Source of the DNA: Clostridia bacterium
GTDB lineage: Bacteria; Bacillota; Clostridia; TANB77; UBA1234
Assembly: GCA_017518295.1 (NCBI GenBank)
Contig: JAFWVJ010000012.1
Coordinates: 44,102-108,101 of the forward strand
DNA length: 64,000 bases
Direction of reading: 5' to 3'
Shown piece by piece: positions 41,897 to 52,442 of this stretch (position 1 is its first letter; each line of letters starts with the position of its first letter). The translations under genes and the position numbers were made by a program. The notes below the pieces were generated by a model, which ran no database searches, had not been told where the DNA came from, and saw only the letters and a list, made by a program, of their open reading frames with translations.

Positions 41897-41901
41897 TTTT
41901 T

Positions 41902-41974
41902 TGGCGGTCGGTGACCGCCGATACGTACTGGCGACCACTGACTGCCAATACGTACTGGCGACCATTGGTCGCCA
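41902..41974. repeat. REP-like palindromes, 3 units
   Basis: inverted GTATCGGCGGTCACCGACCGCCA; GTACTGGCGACCACTGACTGCCA; GTACTGGCGACCATTGGTCGCCA. Confidence 0.8.
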
Positions 41975-42122
41975 TTTTTTTGTTTATTTTACTTATAAAT
42001 TACAATTATGGTAAATTACTGTTACAATTATTGATTATATATTTCATATAGAATATTCTAATATAAGGAAAATAGGATATTATGTGCTTAAAATATAGTG
42101 TTATGAAGGATGAGGCGTACTT

Positions 42123-42929
42123 ATGAAAAATGAAATAATTGAACAAAAAATCAATGAATTATGCTATAGAATTAAATTGGATGAAATTGCTATTACTAGT
42201 GCACAATATAATTTAAAATATGCTAAACGTCTTGGTTTAACTGATGCTAAGATTGATGCATTACAAGATAAGCTTGGACTATATAAATCAAAAAAAGCTT
42301 CTGATTCTAGTACATTAGAAGTTTTACAAGAGTGCCTTGAAAATCCTTATAAATCAGCTAATTCTGATGATTCATATTATTTTAAGTGCACATTGCCTTA
42401 TGAGAAGGTTGACTCAAATGCTAGCTATCAAACGTCGATTTTAGTTGGCGAAGATGTTGCTAGACTTTTCTCAAATGGCGTTTCATATAAAGATATATTA
42501 GATTGCTTAGAAAGCAAAGATATCATAGATATTAAGAGTAATTTTGCATCAAAGATTCCTGTTGATTGTAAAGGAGTAACTGAGGTTGGAGTAGAAGTTG
42601 TAGACAATAGTTCTCATATCACTCGTTTTGATGAGCCAATTATAGCTAAAGTTTATGGAAAACAAAATAAAGGAATAATTGCTTCTAGTAAGATTTCAAC
42701 TTGTTATCCTTATGGAAGTGCTAGTTATAAAGACTTAAATGGTGAAAGTTATACACCAGCAACCCCAACATTAGAAGATATTAGTTCTTTGAAAAAATTT
42801 ACTTCAAGAAAACAAAATGAATATAATGATATGGTAAATTTAGAAGAAACAGTTAGAGAAAAGATGCAAATATCTTTAGATAAAGTTAATGATGCTCTTG
42901 AAAGAGCAGGTGCAGATTTTAGAATTTAG
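42123..42929 (+). CDS. hypothetical protein
   Basis: 268 aa ORF with RBS. Confidence 0.65.
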   Translation: MKNEIIEQKINELCYRIKLDEIAITSAQYNLKYAKRLGLTDAKIDALQDKLGLYKSKKASDSSTLEVLQECLENPYKSANSDDSYYFKCTLPYEKVDSNASYQTSILVGEDVARLFSNGVSYKDILDCLESKDIIDIKSNFASKIPVDCKGVTEVGVEVVDNSSHITRFDEPIIAKVYGKQNKGIIASSKISTCYPYGSASYKDLNGESYTPATPTLEDISSLKKFTSRKQNEYNDMVNLEETVREKMQISLDKVNDALERAGADFRI

Positions 42930-42950
42930 TTTACAATAAGGAGGAACATT

Positions 42951-43172
42951 ATGGACTTAAATAGAGAACAAATATTTGAACTTGGAAAAAGTTTTGATAT
43001 GGGACTTATTAGTTTTAATTCATTATCTGACAGCGGAAAATATGCTTTAAATAAGTATTATGCTCTCAAAAATGAACAATTAGACTATAAAATAAGCGAG
43101 GTAACAGATTCTTTAAATGCTATAGATCGTAGACTAGACAGGGTTTCTAACATGCTAAGCGAAATAAATTAA
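42951..43172 (+). CDS. small hypothetical coiled-coil protein
   Basis: strong RBS aaggagg, 73 aa. Confidence 0.6.
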   Translation: MDLNREQIFELGKSFDMGLISFNSLSDSGKYALNKYYALKNEQLDYKISEVTDSLNAIDRRLDRVSNMLSEIN

Positions 43173-43267
43173 AAAAAGTGTTTCTTTAAAATTTTAATAT
43201 GATATAATAGGTTTGCTTAAAAAGATTTTTAAGCAAACTTTTTTATTTTACAAGGGGGATTTTTATA

Positions 43268-45610
43268 ATGAAAAAACAATTTTTAGCATTGTTAATAGCT
43301 TGTTTATTAGTAATGACTTTTTCAATTTGTTTTGCTGCATCTAAGTTTTCAGATACAGTAAATACTAAGTATGATACAGCAGTAGAATACTTAACAAATA
43401 AAAAAGTTGTTGATGGTTATAACGAAAACGGAGTAATTTCATACAAACCAGGAAATCCTGTAACACGTGCAGAATTTTCAAAGTTAGTTGTTGAGGGTCT
43501 TGGTTTAAAGAAAACAACTGATTTACCAATGCTTAAGTTTTCAGATATTAATTTAACAGATAAAAAACATTGGGGCTATGATTGGATTAAAGTAGCTGTT
43601 GAAAACAACATTATTGTTGGTTATCCAGATGGAACTTTTGGACCAGATAGAACTATCACATTTGCAGAATGTGAAACAATGATTTTGAGAGCTATGAAGT
43701 TAGAATCTGCTATGACAGATAAATCTTGGCCAAATGGCTATATGAATGAAGCTTCTAAGCAAGGACTTTTAAATAATGTTTCTTACACAAATCCAAATGC
43801 TGCTGCAAATAGAGGAGAAATTGCTATTTCTTTATACAACATGGTTACAAAAGTAGAAAAGCAAAAAATGGAAGATGAATTAGCTAAGAAAGAAGCAGAA
43901 CAAAAAGCAGAAAAAGAAGCTAAAGAAAATGCTTTAGATTTTAATATTGTTGCTTCTACATCTTCATCAAAAGATACATATTATCTAAAACTACTTGATG
44001 ATAAGACTAAATATGAAATCTACTCAATCGCTGGTAAGACAAAACTTACAGATTCAAAAGTAGAAGATTTAGAAAATAATGTTATTGGATATAAAGAAGG
44101 TAAGAATGGGTTAGAAGTAAATGTTACTTACACACCATCTTCTTTTGATAGTGCAAAAGTTATCACAAAAGTTGATGGAAGCAAGATTACATACAAAGAT
44201 AAATCAACTTGGGATACTTCTTCTACAACATTAGTAAATAAATATAAACTATATACATTCATTAGAGTTACAGCTAGTGTAAATGATGATGATGAAGTTG
44301 AATTAGATAAAGTAGCAAAATTAGGCTTAGGATTATCTTCAGCAAAATTTGTTAAGAACGAAAGAGTTTTAGTAGATGATACAAATAAAGTTATCGTATT
44401 CTTAAAGGGTATTGATGCTTCAGAGACTATTAAAAAAGGTAAAATAAATGGTAGCAGCGTAGATACATCTGATTATGAATATGGTTGGGTAACAGCTACT
44501 AGATCAAAGAGCAAAACAGATTATGTTAAAATTGGAAAAACTGAATATGAAGTTTATTCAAAATCAAGTGATTTTGAAGATGATACATTTGTAGTTTATA
44601 CAATTCAATCTGAAGGTGATGACTACGATGTTGTTAAACTAGTTAAACAATATGGTGTATATGATTTAGATGGAAATGCAAATGTAGTTAAATCAGTTTC
44701 TGGTGGAACAAAAGTAACTTATGGTTCTACTACAGTAGATTTTGGTACTTCTTCAAATCTTAAAAAGTATGAAGATTATGAAGTAGTTGAAATCCAAGTT
44801 AAAGAAGCTAGTGATGGAGTTCTTGAAGTAACAGATTATGACACAGGTGTTGATCTAGAAGATGTTACATTCAAAGCTGGAGATAGATTTATTATCGATA
44901 CAAAGAATGAAGTATTTGCTATATTCCATGGCTTAAGTGCATCAAATAGCTACAGTAAAGGTAAGAAACAAGTAGTAGTAAATTATACAGTTAAATATGA
45001 ATGGGCAAGTGGAACAGAACAAGTTGGTACATTACCAAGTGATTCAACTGTTCAAAGTGGAAAGACTCATACAGTTTGGAATCCATCAAATGCTAACTAC
45101 ACATTCACATTTAAGAATAAGAGCACAGGTACTACTTATACAGCAGGAAAATCTATTACTGTAAGTGGTAATATTGTAATTGTTGTTACAACAACTAAAG
45201 TAGATACAGAACTAGAAAGATTAACTAAAGCTGTTAAAGACGCTAAAGCAGCATATGATGCAGCTAAAGCTGTAACAGCAGAGAAAAAATCAGCTATGGA
45301 TAGTAAAGAAGCAGCAAAGACAAAAGCTATAAATGCATATGGAGATGCTGAAAGAGCATATCAAGCTGCAGAAAGTTCTTACAACAACTATTCTGGCGAT
45401 GATGAAGAAATGAGATTAAAATTAAAGAGAGAGTATGAAGCTGCTGTTATAGCATTAAGTGAAAAAGATACTGCAATGGACAAAGCAATTGAAGAATGGG
45501 AAGCAGCTCAAACAGCATATAATGCTGCTTTACATGATGAAGAAGTAGCATATCAAAAACATGAAGATGCAAAAGATGCTTTAGCAGCTTATGTAGAATC
45601 TAATGGTTAA
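43268..45610 (+). CDS. S-layer homology (SLH) domain surface protein
   Basis: signal peptide; FSD..VDGY..VTRAEF, IVGYPDGTFGPDRTITFAE, ANRGEIA; C-terminal coiled coil. Confidence 0.9.
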   Translation: MKKQFLALLIACLLVMTFSICFAASKFSDTVNTKYDTAVEYLTNKKVVDGYNENGVISYKPGNPVTRAEFSKLVVEGLGLKKTTDLPMLKFSDINLTDKKHWGYDWIKVAVENNIIVGYPDGTFGPDRTITFAECETMILRAMKLESAMTDKSWPNGYMNEASKQGLLNNVSYTNPNAAANRGEIAISLYNMVTKVEKQKMEDELAKKEAEQKAEKEAKENALDFNIVASTSSSKDTYYLKLLDDKTKYEIYSIAGKTKLTDSKVEDLENNVIGYKEGKNGLEVNVTYTPSSFDSAKVITKVDGSKITYKDKSTWDTSSTTLVNKYKLYTFIRVTASVNDDDEVELDKVAKLGLGLSSAKFVKNERVLVDDTNKVIVFLKGIDASETIKKGKINGSSVDTSDYEYGWVTATRSKSKTDYVKIGKTEYEVYSKSSDFEDDTFVVYTIQSEGDDYDVVKLVKQYGVYDLDGNANVVKSVSGGTKVTYGSTTVDFGTSSNLKKYEDYEVVEIQVKEASDGVLEVTDYDTGVDLEDVTFKAGDRFIIDTKNEVFAIFHGLSASNSYSKGKKQVVVNYTVKYEWASGTEQVGTLPSDSTVQSGKTHTVWNPSNANYTFTFKNKSTGTTYTAGKSITVSGNIVIVVTTTKVDTELERLTKAVKDAKAAYDAAKAVTAEKKSAMDSKEAAKTKAINAYGDAERAYQAAESSYNNYSGDDEEMRLKLKREYEAAVIALSEKDTAMDKAIEEWEAAQTAYNAALHDEEVAYQKHEDAKDALAAYVESNG

Positions 45611-45861
45611 TTAATAAATATAAAACCAGCCTTATGGGCTGGTTTTTTTATGCAAATTGTATTATAGAAAGTATTTTAAGCTACAAAATATTGAAAAGTT
45701 AACATAAATATGATATAATATACATGATTTATAATCTTAGCACTGAGATGCCTCGGAGTCTCAATGTGAACCCGTATACGGGATTACAGAAAGAAGGAGG
45801 AAGAATTTCCGAGTTTGTCACTTACAACCCCCCAAAGACATCATTTTAGGAGGAAAACAAC

Positions 45862-46380
45862 ATGGAAAGTCTTTATGAAGTGAAAATCACGACAAACGAC
45901 CGCGTTTTGGAGGAACTGGATGGAGGACTCTATTCTGTTCCGAAGAACAAACCTTGTATTTGTATGATCGATGGCTTTGAAGTCAGATACCGTCCTGATC
46001 CCAAGGAGGCCAGTAAGTCTGGTTGGACCGTTGTCTGCATCGACAAGGAAAAGGTTATGGAAATCTTTGGCCTTGCGATGGAAGATCTGGAACTTCGTGA
46101 GTTTACCGGCAGTCTGATGTTCGACGCGGTAAAACTCTTGAAGGTTCCGAAGGCCTTCACAATCGTGCTGTATAAGAATCAGGCGCGGTTGGTCCCGAAC
46201 TATGAGTTTTGGACCACTGAAGGTGCACCGGGAGGCAGCAAGCTGCCGATTATTCACATTGAGAGTTTTGAATATCCTCTCATTGTGGATGATGATCCTA
46301 AGGCCAAGCGGATCGACATCGTTCTTCGCGAGGATGTCAGGTTCTACGAGGCGCCTGTCAATGAGACGCCTGAGAAGTAA
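45862..46380 (+). CDS. hypothetical protein (GC-richer orphan)
   Basis: RBS aggagg, own promoter at 45691-45719, terminator ~46397-46429. Confidence 0.7.
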   Translation: MESLYEVKITTNDRVLEELDGGLYSVPKNKPCICMIDGFEVRYRPDPKEASKSGWTVVCIDKEKVMEIFGLAMEDLELREFTGSLMFDAVKLLKVPKAFTIVLYKNQARLVPNYEFWTTEGAPGGSKLPIIHIESFEYPLIVDDDPKAKRIDIVLREDVRFYEAPVNETPEK

Positions 46381-46502
46381 GTGAAAGGAGGATTCGGAAG
46401 CACCCTTAAAAAGGGTGCTTTCGTTTTTTGTTCTACGGAAACAGTATAATTGGTATTGATTTAAATTAATATAAGATATATAATTAGATAAATTTTTGAT
46501 TA

Positions 46503-46738
46503 AGCGATGAAAAAGATTAGTAACTTTATGATGTTTTTAAGAGAGCTAACGGTAGGTGTAAGTTAGTAGACTAATAAAGTGAATCTACTTTTGAGCATTT
46601 GATGATTAAGAAGAGGTCCTCTCTCCCAAAGTCAAACCGGCTTGCCTCAGGTTATAGAGGGATTTAATTAGAGAAGTAATTAAGGTGGTACCACGTCCTT
46701 CCCCGAACGTCCTTTTTAGGTTGGGGGAGGACTTTTTT
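46503..46738 (+). promoter_or_regulatory. T-box riboswitch (Ser)
   Basis: GCGATGAA..AGAGAGC..GGTGTAAG stem I, specifier GAA-TCT-AC, T-box AATTAAGGTGGTACCACG, terminator gtccttcccc..gggggaggacTTTTTT. Confidence 0.88.
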
Positions 46739-46798
46739 GTTGCTCAAATTAATTTATTGATGCAAACAAGATAATATGAAAAGAAAGGATGATATACT

Positions 46799-48085
46799 AT
46801 GTTAGATATCAAATTTTTAAGAGAAAATCCAGAAATCGTAAAAGAAAATATTAAGAAAAAGTTCCAAGATCAAAAACTTCCATTAGTTGATGAAGTTATT
46901 GAACTTGATAAAGAACTTAGAGATTATAGAGCAAAAGGTGACTCCTTAAGAGCTGAGAGAAATTCTACTTCTACTCAAATTGGTGGCTTAATGAAAGAAA
47001 AGAAAATTGAAGAAGCTAACCAAATGAAACAAAGAGTTAATGATATTAATAAAGAATTAGAAGAAGTTGAAGTTAAAGAAACAGAGCTTGCAGAAGAAAT
47101 CAAAAAGAAAATGATGGTTATTCCAAATATCATAGATAGCAGTGTTCCTATAGGAAAAGATGATAGCGAAAATGTTGAAAATGAAAGATTTGGAGAACCA
47201 GTTGTTCCTCCATTTGAAGTTCCATATCATGCAGATATAATGGATAGATTAAATGGTATTGATAAAGAATCTAGTGGTCGTACTTCTGGTAATGGATTCT
47301 ATTATTTAATGGGTGATGTTGCTAGAATTCACTCTGCTATGATTTCTTATGCTAGAGATTTTATGATTTCTAAAGGATTTACTTATTGTATTCCACCATT
47401 TATGATTCGTGGAGATGTAGTAGATGGCGTTATGAGTTTTGCTGAAATGGAAGCAATGATGTACAAAATTGAAGGAGAAGATTTATTCTTAATTGGTACT
47501 TCAGAGCATTCAATGATTGGTAAGTTTAAAGGACAAATAATTAATGAAGCGGAACTTCCACTAACACTTACATCTTATTCACCTTGTTTTAGAAAAGAAG
47601 TAGGTAGCCATGGTATAGAAGAAAGAGGTGTATATAGAGTTCACCAATTCGAAAAACAAGAGATGGTTGTTCTATGTAAGCCAGAAGATAGCATGGAATG
47701 GTACAATAAAATGTGGAGTTTCACAGTAGAATTCTTTAGAAGTTTGGATATTCCAGTTAGAACTTTAGAATGTTGTAGTGGAGATTTAGCAGATTTAAAA
47801 GTTAAATCATGCGATGTAGAAGCATGGAGCCCAAGACAACAAAAATATTTTGAAGTAGGAAGTTGTTCTACATTAGGTGATGCTCAAGCTCGTAGATTAG
47901 GAATTAGAGCTAAAGGTAAAGATGGAAATTATTTGGTACATACATTAAACAATACAGTACTTGCTACACCTCGTGGTTTAATTGCTTTCTTAGAAAACAA
48001 TGTTAATGAAGATGGAAGCGTAAATATTCCAGTTGCTTTAAGACCATATATGGGTGGACAAGAAAAAGTATTTCCTAAAAAGTAA
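46799..48085 (+). CDS. serS: serine--tRNA ligase
   Basis: MLDIK, LIGTSE, SPCFRKE, RVHQFEK, HTLNNT. Confidence 0.97.
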   Translation: MLDIKFLRENPEIVKENIKKKFQDQKLPLVDEVIELDKELRDYRAKGDSLRAERNSTSTQIGGLMKEKKIEEANQMKQRVNDINKELEEVEVKETELAEEIKKKMMVIPNIIDSSVPIGKDDSENVENERFGEPVVPPFEVPYHADIMDRLNGIDKESSGRTSGNGFYYLMGDVARIHSAMISYARDFMISKGFTYCIPPFMIRGDVVDGVMSFAEMEAMMYKIEGEDLFLIGTSEHSMIGKFKGQIINEAELPLTLTSYSPCFRKEVGSHGIEERGVYRVHQFEKQEMVVLCKPEDSMEWYNKMWSFTVEFFRSLDIPVRTLECCSGDLADLKVKSCDVEAWSPRQQKYFEVGSCSTLGDAQARRLGIRAKGKDGNYLVHTLNNTVLATPRGLIAFLENNVNEDGSVNIPVALRPYMGGQEKVFPKK

Positions 48086-48124
48086 AATTTAAAAAGGACG
48101 AAGTAATAACTTCGTCCTTATTTT

Positions 48125-50023
48125 TTAATATGAGATATTCATCATCTCATTATATACATCAATAGCATAATAAGCTTTTCCTTGAGTTTTGTCTTCATCC
48201 ATAGTTGCATAAACTCCAACAATTCTACCATTTTGAATAATTGGAAGTCCACTTATATTAACTTCTTCAAATGATTCTACAAATGATTCATCATTTAAAG
48301 AAATTTGTATATAATTACCTTTCTTTTCAATAGTTATATAAAGTCTATAAAAGTTATCTTTATCTTCAGGATTAAAAATATAGATAGCTGCCATACCATT
48401 TTGCACTTCATCTCTAGATGCAACTTCTATTAATCGCTCTTCTCTATAGTTAAATGGTTCTATAAATCCATATCCTTGGCATCCTGAATTTGTGATTGTT
48501 GCAATCACATTTTTACTACTTGTTGCCTCTACAGTAGATGAATCAATGTCTAAAAATCCTTCCCATACGATTCCAGAAAAAGGATTTTTAGTTCCTATCA
48601 CATTTTTGAAAGCACCAATTGCATATCTATAAGTGATAGGATCAACCATAGAAATATAACCTGACTTCATATAATTGTAATTAAAGTTTTTAAGAATAGG
48701 ATTCTGAGCTTTGCTTAAATATATATCTATTATCTTTTGGTTTCGCACAATAGTAAGTTTGACTTCATTAATTCCAAATTCATGTTTTCTTTTAATTGTA
48801 TCTGTTAAGTCTAGTCCAACTAAAATCATAGAATCATCTATTGCAATTACTTTATCTCCAACTTCAAGACCATAAGATTCTCCTTCAATTTTAGTAATAT
48901 ATGTGCCGATATCTTTCATATAAAAGATTCCACATGTATCACCTAAGATAACTAAAGGATGAAGTGAACTACTATAAAGTCCACCACTAAATGGAGCTGA
49001 TTTATCGTCTAATTGACGTGTTACTTCTTCGTAGCTACTACAAGCATAAATACAAATTCCGCCTAATGAATCGCTGTAACCATTCATGCCAATTAATTTA
49101 TCGTCTTGAATAATTGGACTACCGCTCATTCCAGGAACAGAATCTGTTATGCCATCTTCAATAAATCTTTCATCAGTAAAAGAAATATAAAATTCATTTC
49201 CAATTATAGGATCGTTTTCAGTTGATGCTTCATATATTCTTTCTAGAGCAAGACTTTCTGGTGGTTCACCAACTAAAGAAATTACTTCAACTTCATAAAA
49301 ATCTAATCCTTTTCCATAATCAGTGTAAATGTACGCTTTTCCAAGATGAACTTCATCTTTTCTAGCAATTTGAATTCTTTTATAACCACTTAAATCGATT
49401 CTATCTTCATCATAGTTCATTACTATTCCATATTGATTTTGATTTATTATTGTACCAACAACGTTTGGAACTTTGTCTGAACTAATAGAATATAATTCTT
49501 CCGACATACCAATCACAGTTGCATCATATAAAATCCCACCACATTGACCAGTAGAGATTGGATGAGCAAATAGTAATGCAGAAGATAATTCTGGGATATA
49601 ATAACAAACTTTTCCCGAAGAAGAAGTTTGGTAGATAAATCTACTTACAAAGGATTCATCGTTTGGAATATAATACATTCTTTTATATAGTTTTCCATTT
49701 ATAATTTCTTTTATCATTACAGTCTTATTAGCATAAATTTTAAAAGCTAGTTCTACGTCCGGAATACAAAGAATAGGGATATCTCCAATTTGAACTATAT
49801 TTAAATCTCTTTCAACAACATCAAATTCTCCGCCTTCATTTTCTTCATAGATATAAGTTAAAGGCTCATTGGTATATTCAACAAATAAAGTATTTCCACC
49901 TAGAATTACATATGGCATTTCTGCTTCTTCCGCAAAAGAAGTTAAAAATGCAAATGAACACAAAAAAAGAATAGTCATCATAAAGGAAATGATTTTCCGA
50001 ATTTTAATAAAGATTAACCTCAT
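48125..50023 (-). CDS. secreted protein with two SpoIVB-like (peptidase S55) modules and a central PDZ-like region
   Basis: PGMSGSPIIQDDKLIG and second NISGLPIIQNGRIVGV; GLEVGDKVIAID PDZ-like; start after RBS ggagg. Confidence 0.75.
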   Translation of the reverse strand: MRLIFIKIRKIISFMMTILFLCSFAFLTSFAEEAEMPYVILGGNTLFVEYTNEPLTYIYEENEGGEFDVVERDLNIVQIGDIPILCIPDVELAFKIYANKTVMIKEIINGKLYKRMYYIPNDESFVSRFIYQTSSSGKVCYYIPELSSALLFAHPISTGQCGGILYDATVIGMSEELYSISSDKVPNVVGTIINQNQYGIVMNYDEDRIDLSGYKRIQIARKDEVHLGKAYIYTDYGKGLDFYEVEVISLVGEPPESLALERIYEASTENDPIIGNEFYISFTDERFIEDGITDSVPGMSGSPIIQDDKLIGMNGYSDSLGGICIYACSSYEEVTRQLDDKSAPFSGGLYSSSLHPLVILGDTCGIFYMKDIGTYITKIEGESYGLEVGDKVIAIDDSMILVGLDLTDTIKRKHEFGINEVKLTIVRNQKIIDIYLSKAQNPILKNFNYNYMKSGYISMVDPITYRYAIGAFKNVIGTKNPFSGIVWEGFLDIDSSTVEATSSKNVIATITNSGCQGYGFIEPFNYREERLIEVASRDEVQNGMAAIYIFNPEDKDNFYRLYITIEKKGNYIQISLNDESFVESFEEVNISGLPIIQNGRIVGVYATMDEDKTQGKAYYAIDVYNEMMNISY

Positions 50024-50223
50024 TTTGATTCCTCCAATCAAAAAATCTTTTTATTTGAAGATATTTTTAATTTTTATGGATAACAAGCGTAATATACCAT
50101 GATTTTCATAAATAATAAACATAATTTAGGTTTTTTTATTGATTATTATCAAAAATCATGATATTTTAAGCTCAAATAAATAGACTTCATAACGATACTT
50201 AAATATATTTGGAGGTATCTAAT

Positions 50224-51099
50224 ATGCGAAAAAGGCGGATTTTTCAGGCTGTTTTGCTAGTTTTCACTATTATTTTTTATGTAAATACAGGTTTTGCTGT
50301 AAATTTTGTTAATAACAAAGTGATTACTACTATACACTCAAATATGTATATCTTTCATGAAAATAATACTTTAGATATTATAAATCCTATTGATACTAGC
50401 TATTTTGAGCCATTTGAACCAGTTTTAGCTCAAAATGGCGATATTTTAGTCATAAATCTATATGCTAGCGGAGATTTTATAAATCTTGAATATATGCCGG
50501 AGCAATCATCGGGTATAGAGAGCTTTGAGGTAGTTATTAGCAAAGTTGAAAGATGCGGAATGTGCATAATAAAAGAGTGTTTTAGGCATAATGAGACCAA
50601 TTCTTCCACATTTGCCTATAAATTAAAAGATTTTGAAGAAGGTTTTTATGCTATAAAAATTAAGCCTATAAGTAGGGCAAGTGCTTATAAATCAACCACT
50701 TTAGAAAATGAAGACTATTATCCAGAAAAAGAATATTTCTTTAAAGTTGGTGATGTTGGAACTATAGAAGGACATCAAGAAAATGTGGAAAGGCTTTATT
50801 TAAGGCAAGATGGTAGTGAAAAGCCATTAGATTTTAAAAGAAATACATTTTTTACTATAAGCGTTCAAAGTGACTCTAAAATATACTTTGATTCAATAAA
50901 TAGTAGTATTTCAGAGGATATTGAAGGAATATGTTATATTACTGAAGATTCTAACGAGCCTAAAACCATTGATATTGGCGGTTATATTTCTAGAGAAGAC
51001 TTTGATGGGCAAGAAAGGGTCTTTATAAGGATAGCTTATGTGTATAAAGATGGTTGTATAGGCAACTTTTCGCAAGGATTTATTAACTTTTTTGACTAA
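50224..51099 (+). CDS. secreted hypothetical protein
   Basis: RBS ggagg, signal peptide MRKRRIF..GFA. Confidence 0.65.
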   Translation: MRKRRIFQAVLLVFTIIFYVNTGFAVNFVNNKVITTIHSNMYIFHENNTLDIINPIDTSYFEPFEPVLAQNGDILVINLYASGDFINLEYMPEQSSGIESFEVVISKVERCGMCIIKECFRHNETNSSTFAYKLKDFEEGFYAIKIKPISRASAYKSTTLENEDYYPEKEYFFKVGDVGTIEGHQENVERLYLRQDGSEKPLDFKRNTFFTISVQSDSKIYFDSINSSISEDIEGICYITEDSNEPKTIDIGGYISREDFDGQERVFIRIAYVYKDGCIGNFSQGFINFFD

Positions 51100-51218
51100 A
51101 AAAGCTTAAAAATAGGGCTTACAAATATTGAAAAAATAATGCTTGTCAAATACACCTCCAAGTGCTACAATAGTACATAGCTTATGTATTAGTAGATTTT
51201 GAAGGAGAGGTGTTAAAT

Positions 51219-51404
51219 ATGGCAAGATGTGCAATTTGTGGCAAAGCTAAAGTATTTTCAATACAAGTAAGCCATTCACATAGAAGATCAAATAGAGACT
51301 ATAAACCAAATCTTAGAACAGTTAAGGCAAATGTTGATGGTTCTCCAAAGAAAATCACAGTTTGTTCAAGATGTTTAAGATCAGGATTAGTTGAAAGAGC
51401 TTAA
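51219..51404 (+). CDS. rpmB: 50S ribosomal protein L28
   Basis: MARCAICGK..VSHSHRR..KPNL..VCSRCLRS. Confidence 0.96.
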   Translation: MARCAICGKAKVFSIQVSHSHRRSNRDYKPNLRTVKANVDGSPKKITVCSRCLRSGLVERA

Positions 51405-51483
51405 TTAATTAGACCAAGCAAGAAAGCTTGGTCTTTTTTCATTTTATAACTACGATTAATAGTCGTAATATGGAGATATAGAT

Positions 51484-52107
51484 ATGACCAAAAACGAAAA
51501 AATAATAGAAGAATTAAAAAGATTATATGGTGGAGTAGATAATTTCTTAAACTTTAATAGTCCGTTTGAGCTAACAGTTGCTGTAATGCTTTCTGCACAA
51601 TGCACAGATGATAGAGTTAATAAAGTTACAGAGAAAATGTTTAAAAAAGCAAATACACCAGAACAATTTGCAAAAATGAAAGTAGAAGATATAGAAAAGA
51701 TGATTAGCTCTATTAGTTATTTTCATAGTAAAGCTAAACATATAAAAGAATGTTCTAGACAAATAGTAGAAGAATTTGGAGGAGAAGTACCTTCAAATAT
51801 GAAAGATTTAGTTAAGCTTGCAGGAATTGGTAGAAAGTCTGCAAACGTTATTATGCTAGAAGCATTTAATGACTGCCAAGGAATTGCAGTTGATACACAC
51901 GTATTTAGAATTTCTAGAAGACTCGGATTATCTGATAAAAATGAACCAGAAAAAGTTGAACAAGATTTATTAAAAAAATTTCCAAAGAAGTATTGGCCGC
52001 TTGTTAATCATATTTTAATTAGTCATGGAAGAAAGGTTTGCAAAGCGATCAAGCCAGATTGTGAAAACTGCACTATATCTAAATATTGTAAAGAATATAA
52101 TTCATAA
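51484..52107 (+). CDS. nth: endonuclease III
   Basis: LSAQCTD, GIGRKSANV, AVDTHVFR, C-x6-C-x2-C-x5-C. Confidence 0.97.
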   Translation: MTKNEKIIEELKRLYGGVDNFLNFNSPFELTVAVMLSAQCTDDRVNKVTEKMFKKANTPEQFAKMKVEDIEKMISSISYFHSKAKHIKECSRQIVEEFGGEVPSNMKDLVKLAGIGRKSANVIMLEAFNDCQGIAVDTHVFRISRRLGLSDKNEPEKVEQDLLKKFPKKYWPLVNHILISHGRKVCKAIKPDCENCTISKYCKEYNS

Positions 52108-52130
52108 TTATTTTGTTTTATATGTTACAT

Positions 52131-52297
52131 AAAAAAGGCATTACTGTATTACTAAAGAAAACAATCTGCACGAGTACAGGCTTTTAGCTTTTCGGGCACT
52201 TGAGAACCGATTAGCTTACAAGTATTCGGGCGGAGCACGGAAAGCTTAGAGCCTGTGAGCTCAAGCCGTTTTCGTAGTAATATAGTAATGCCTTTTT
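52131..52297 (-). repeat. nested hairpin element (family B, copy 2)
   Basis: long outer IR; conserved blocks TTACTAAAGAAAACAATCTGCACGA and TGAGCTCAAGCCGTTTTCGTAGTAA. Confidence 0.8.
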
Positions 52298-52442
52298 ATT
52301 TAAAAATATTTTTATGAACAAAATAATTATGAATTATATTTTAAAAATAGATTGTTTAATTTTTTGCAATTAGATATACTTTTTCTGATGTATATTTTTT
52401 CTTTTTCGACCTGTCTTTTCAGGAAGGAGGTTTGCTTTTAAA

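Noticed and set aside
41902-41974. Tandem palindromes as a mini CRISPR array
   Set aside because: Spacers are only 0-4 nt, orientation is mixed and there are no cas genes; fits REP-like units
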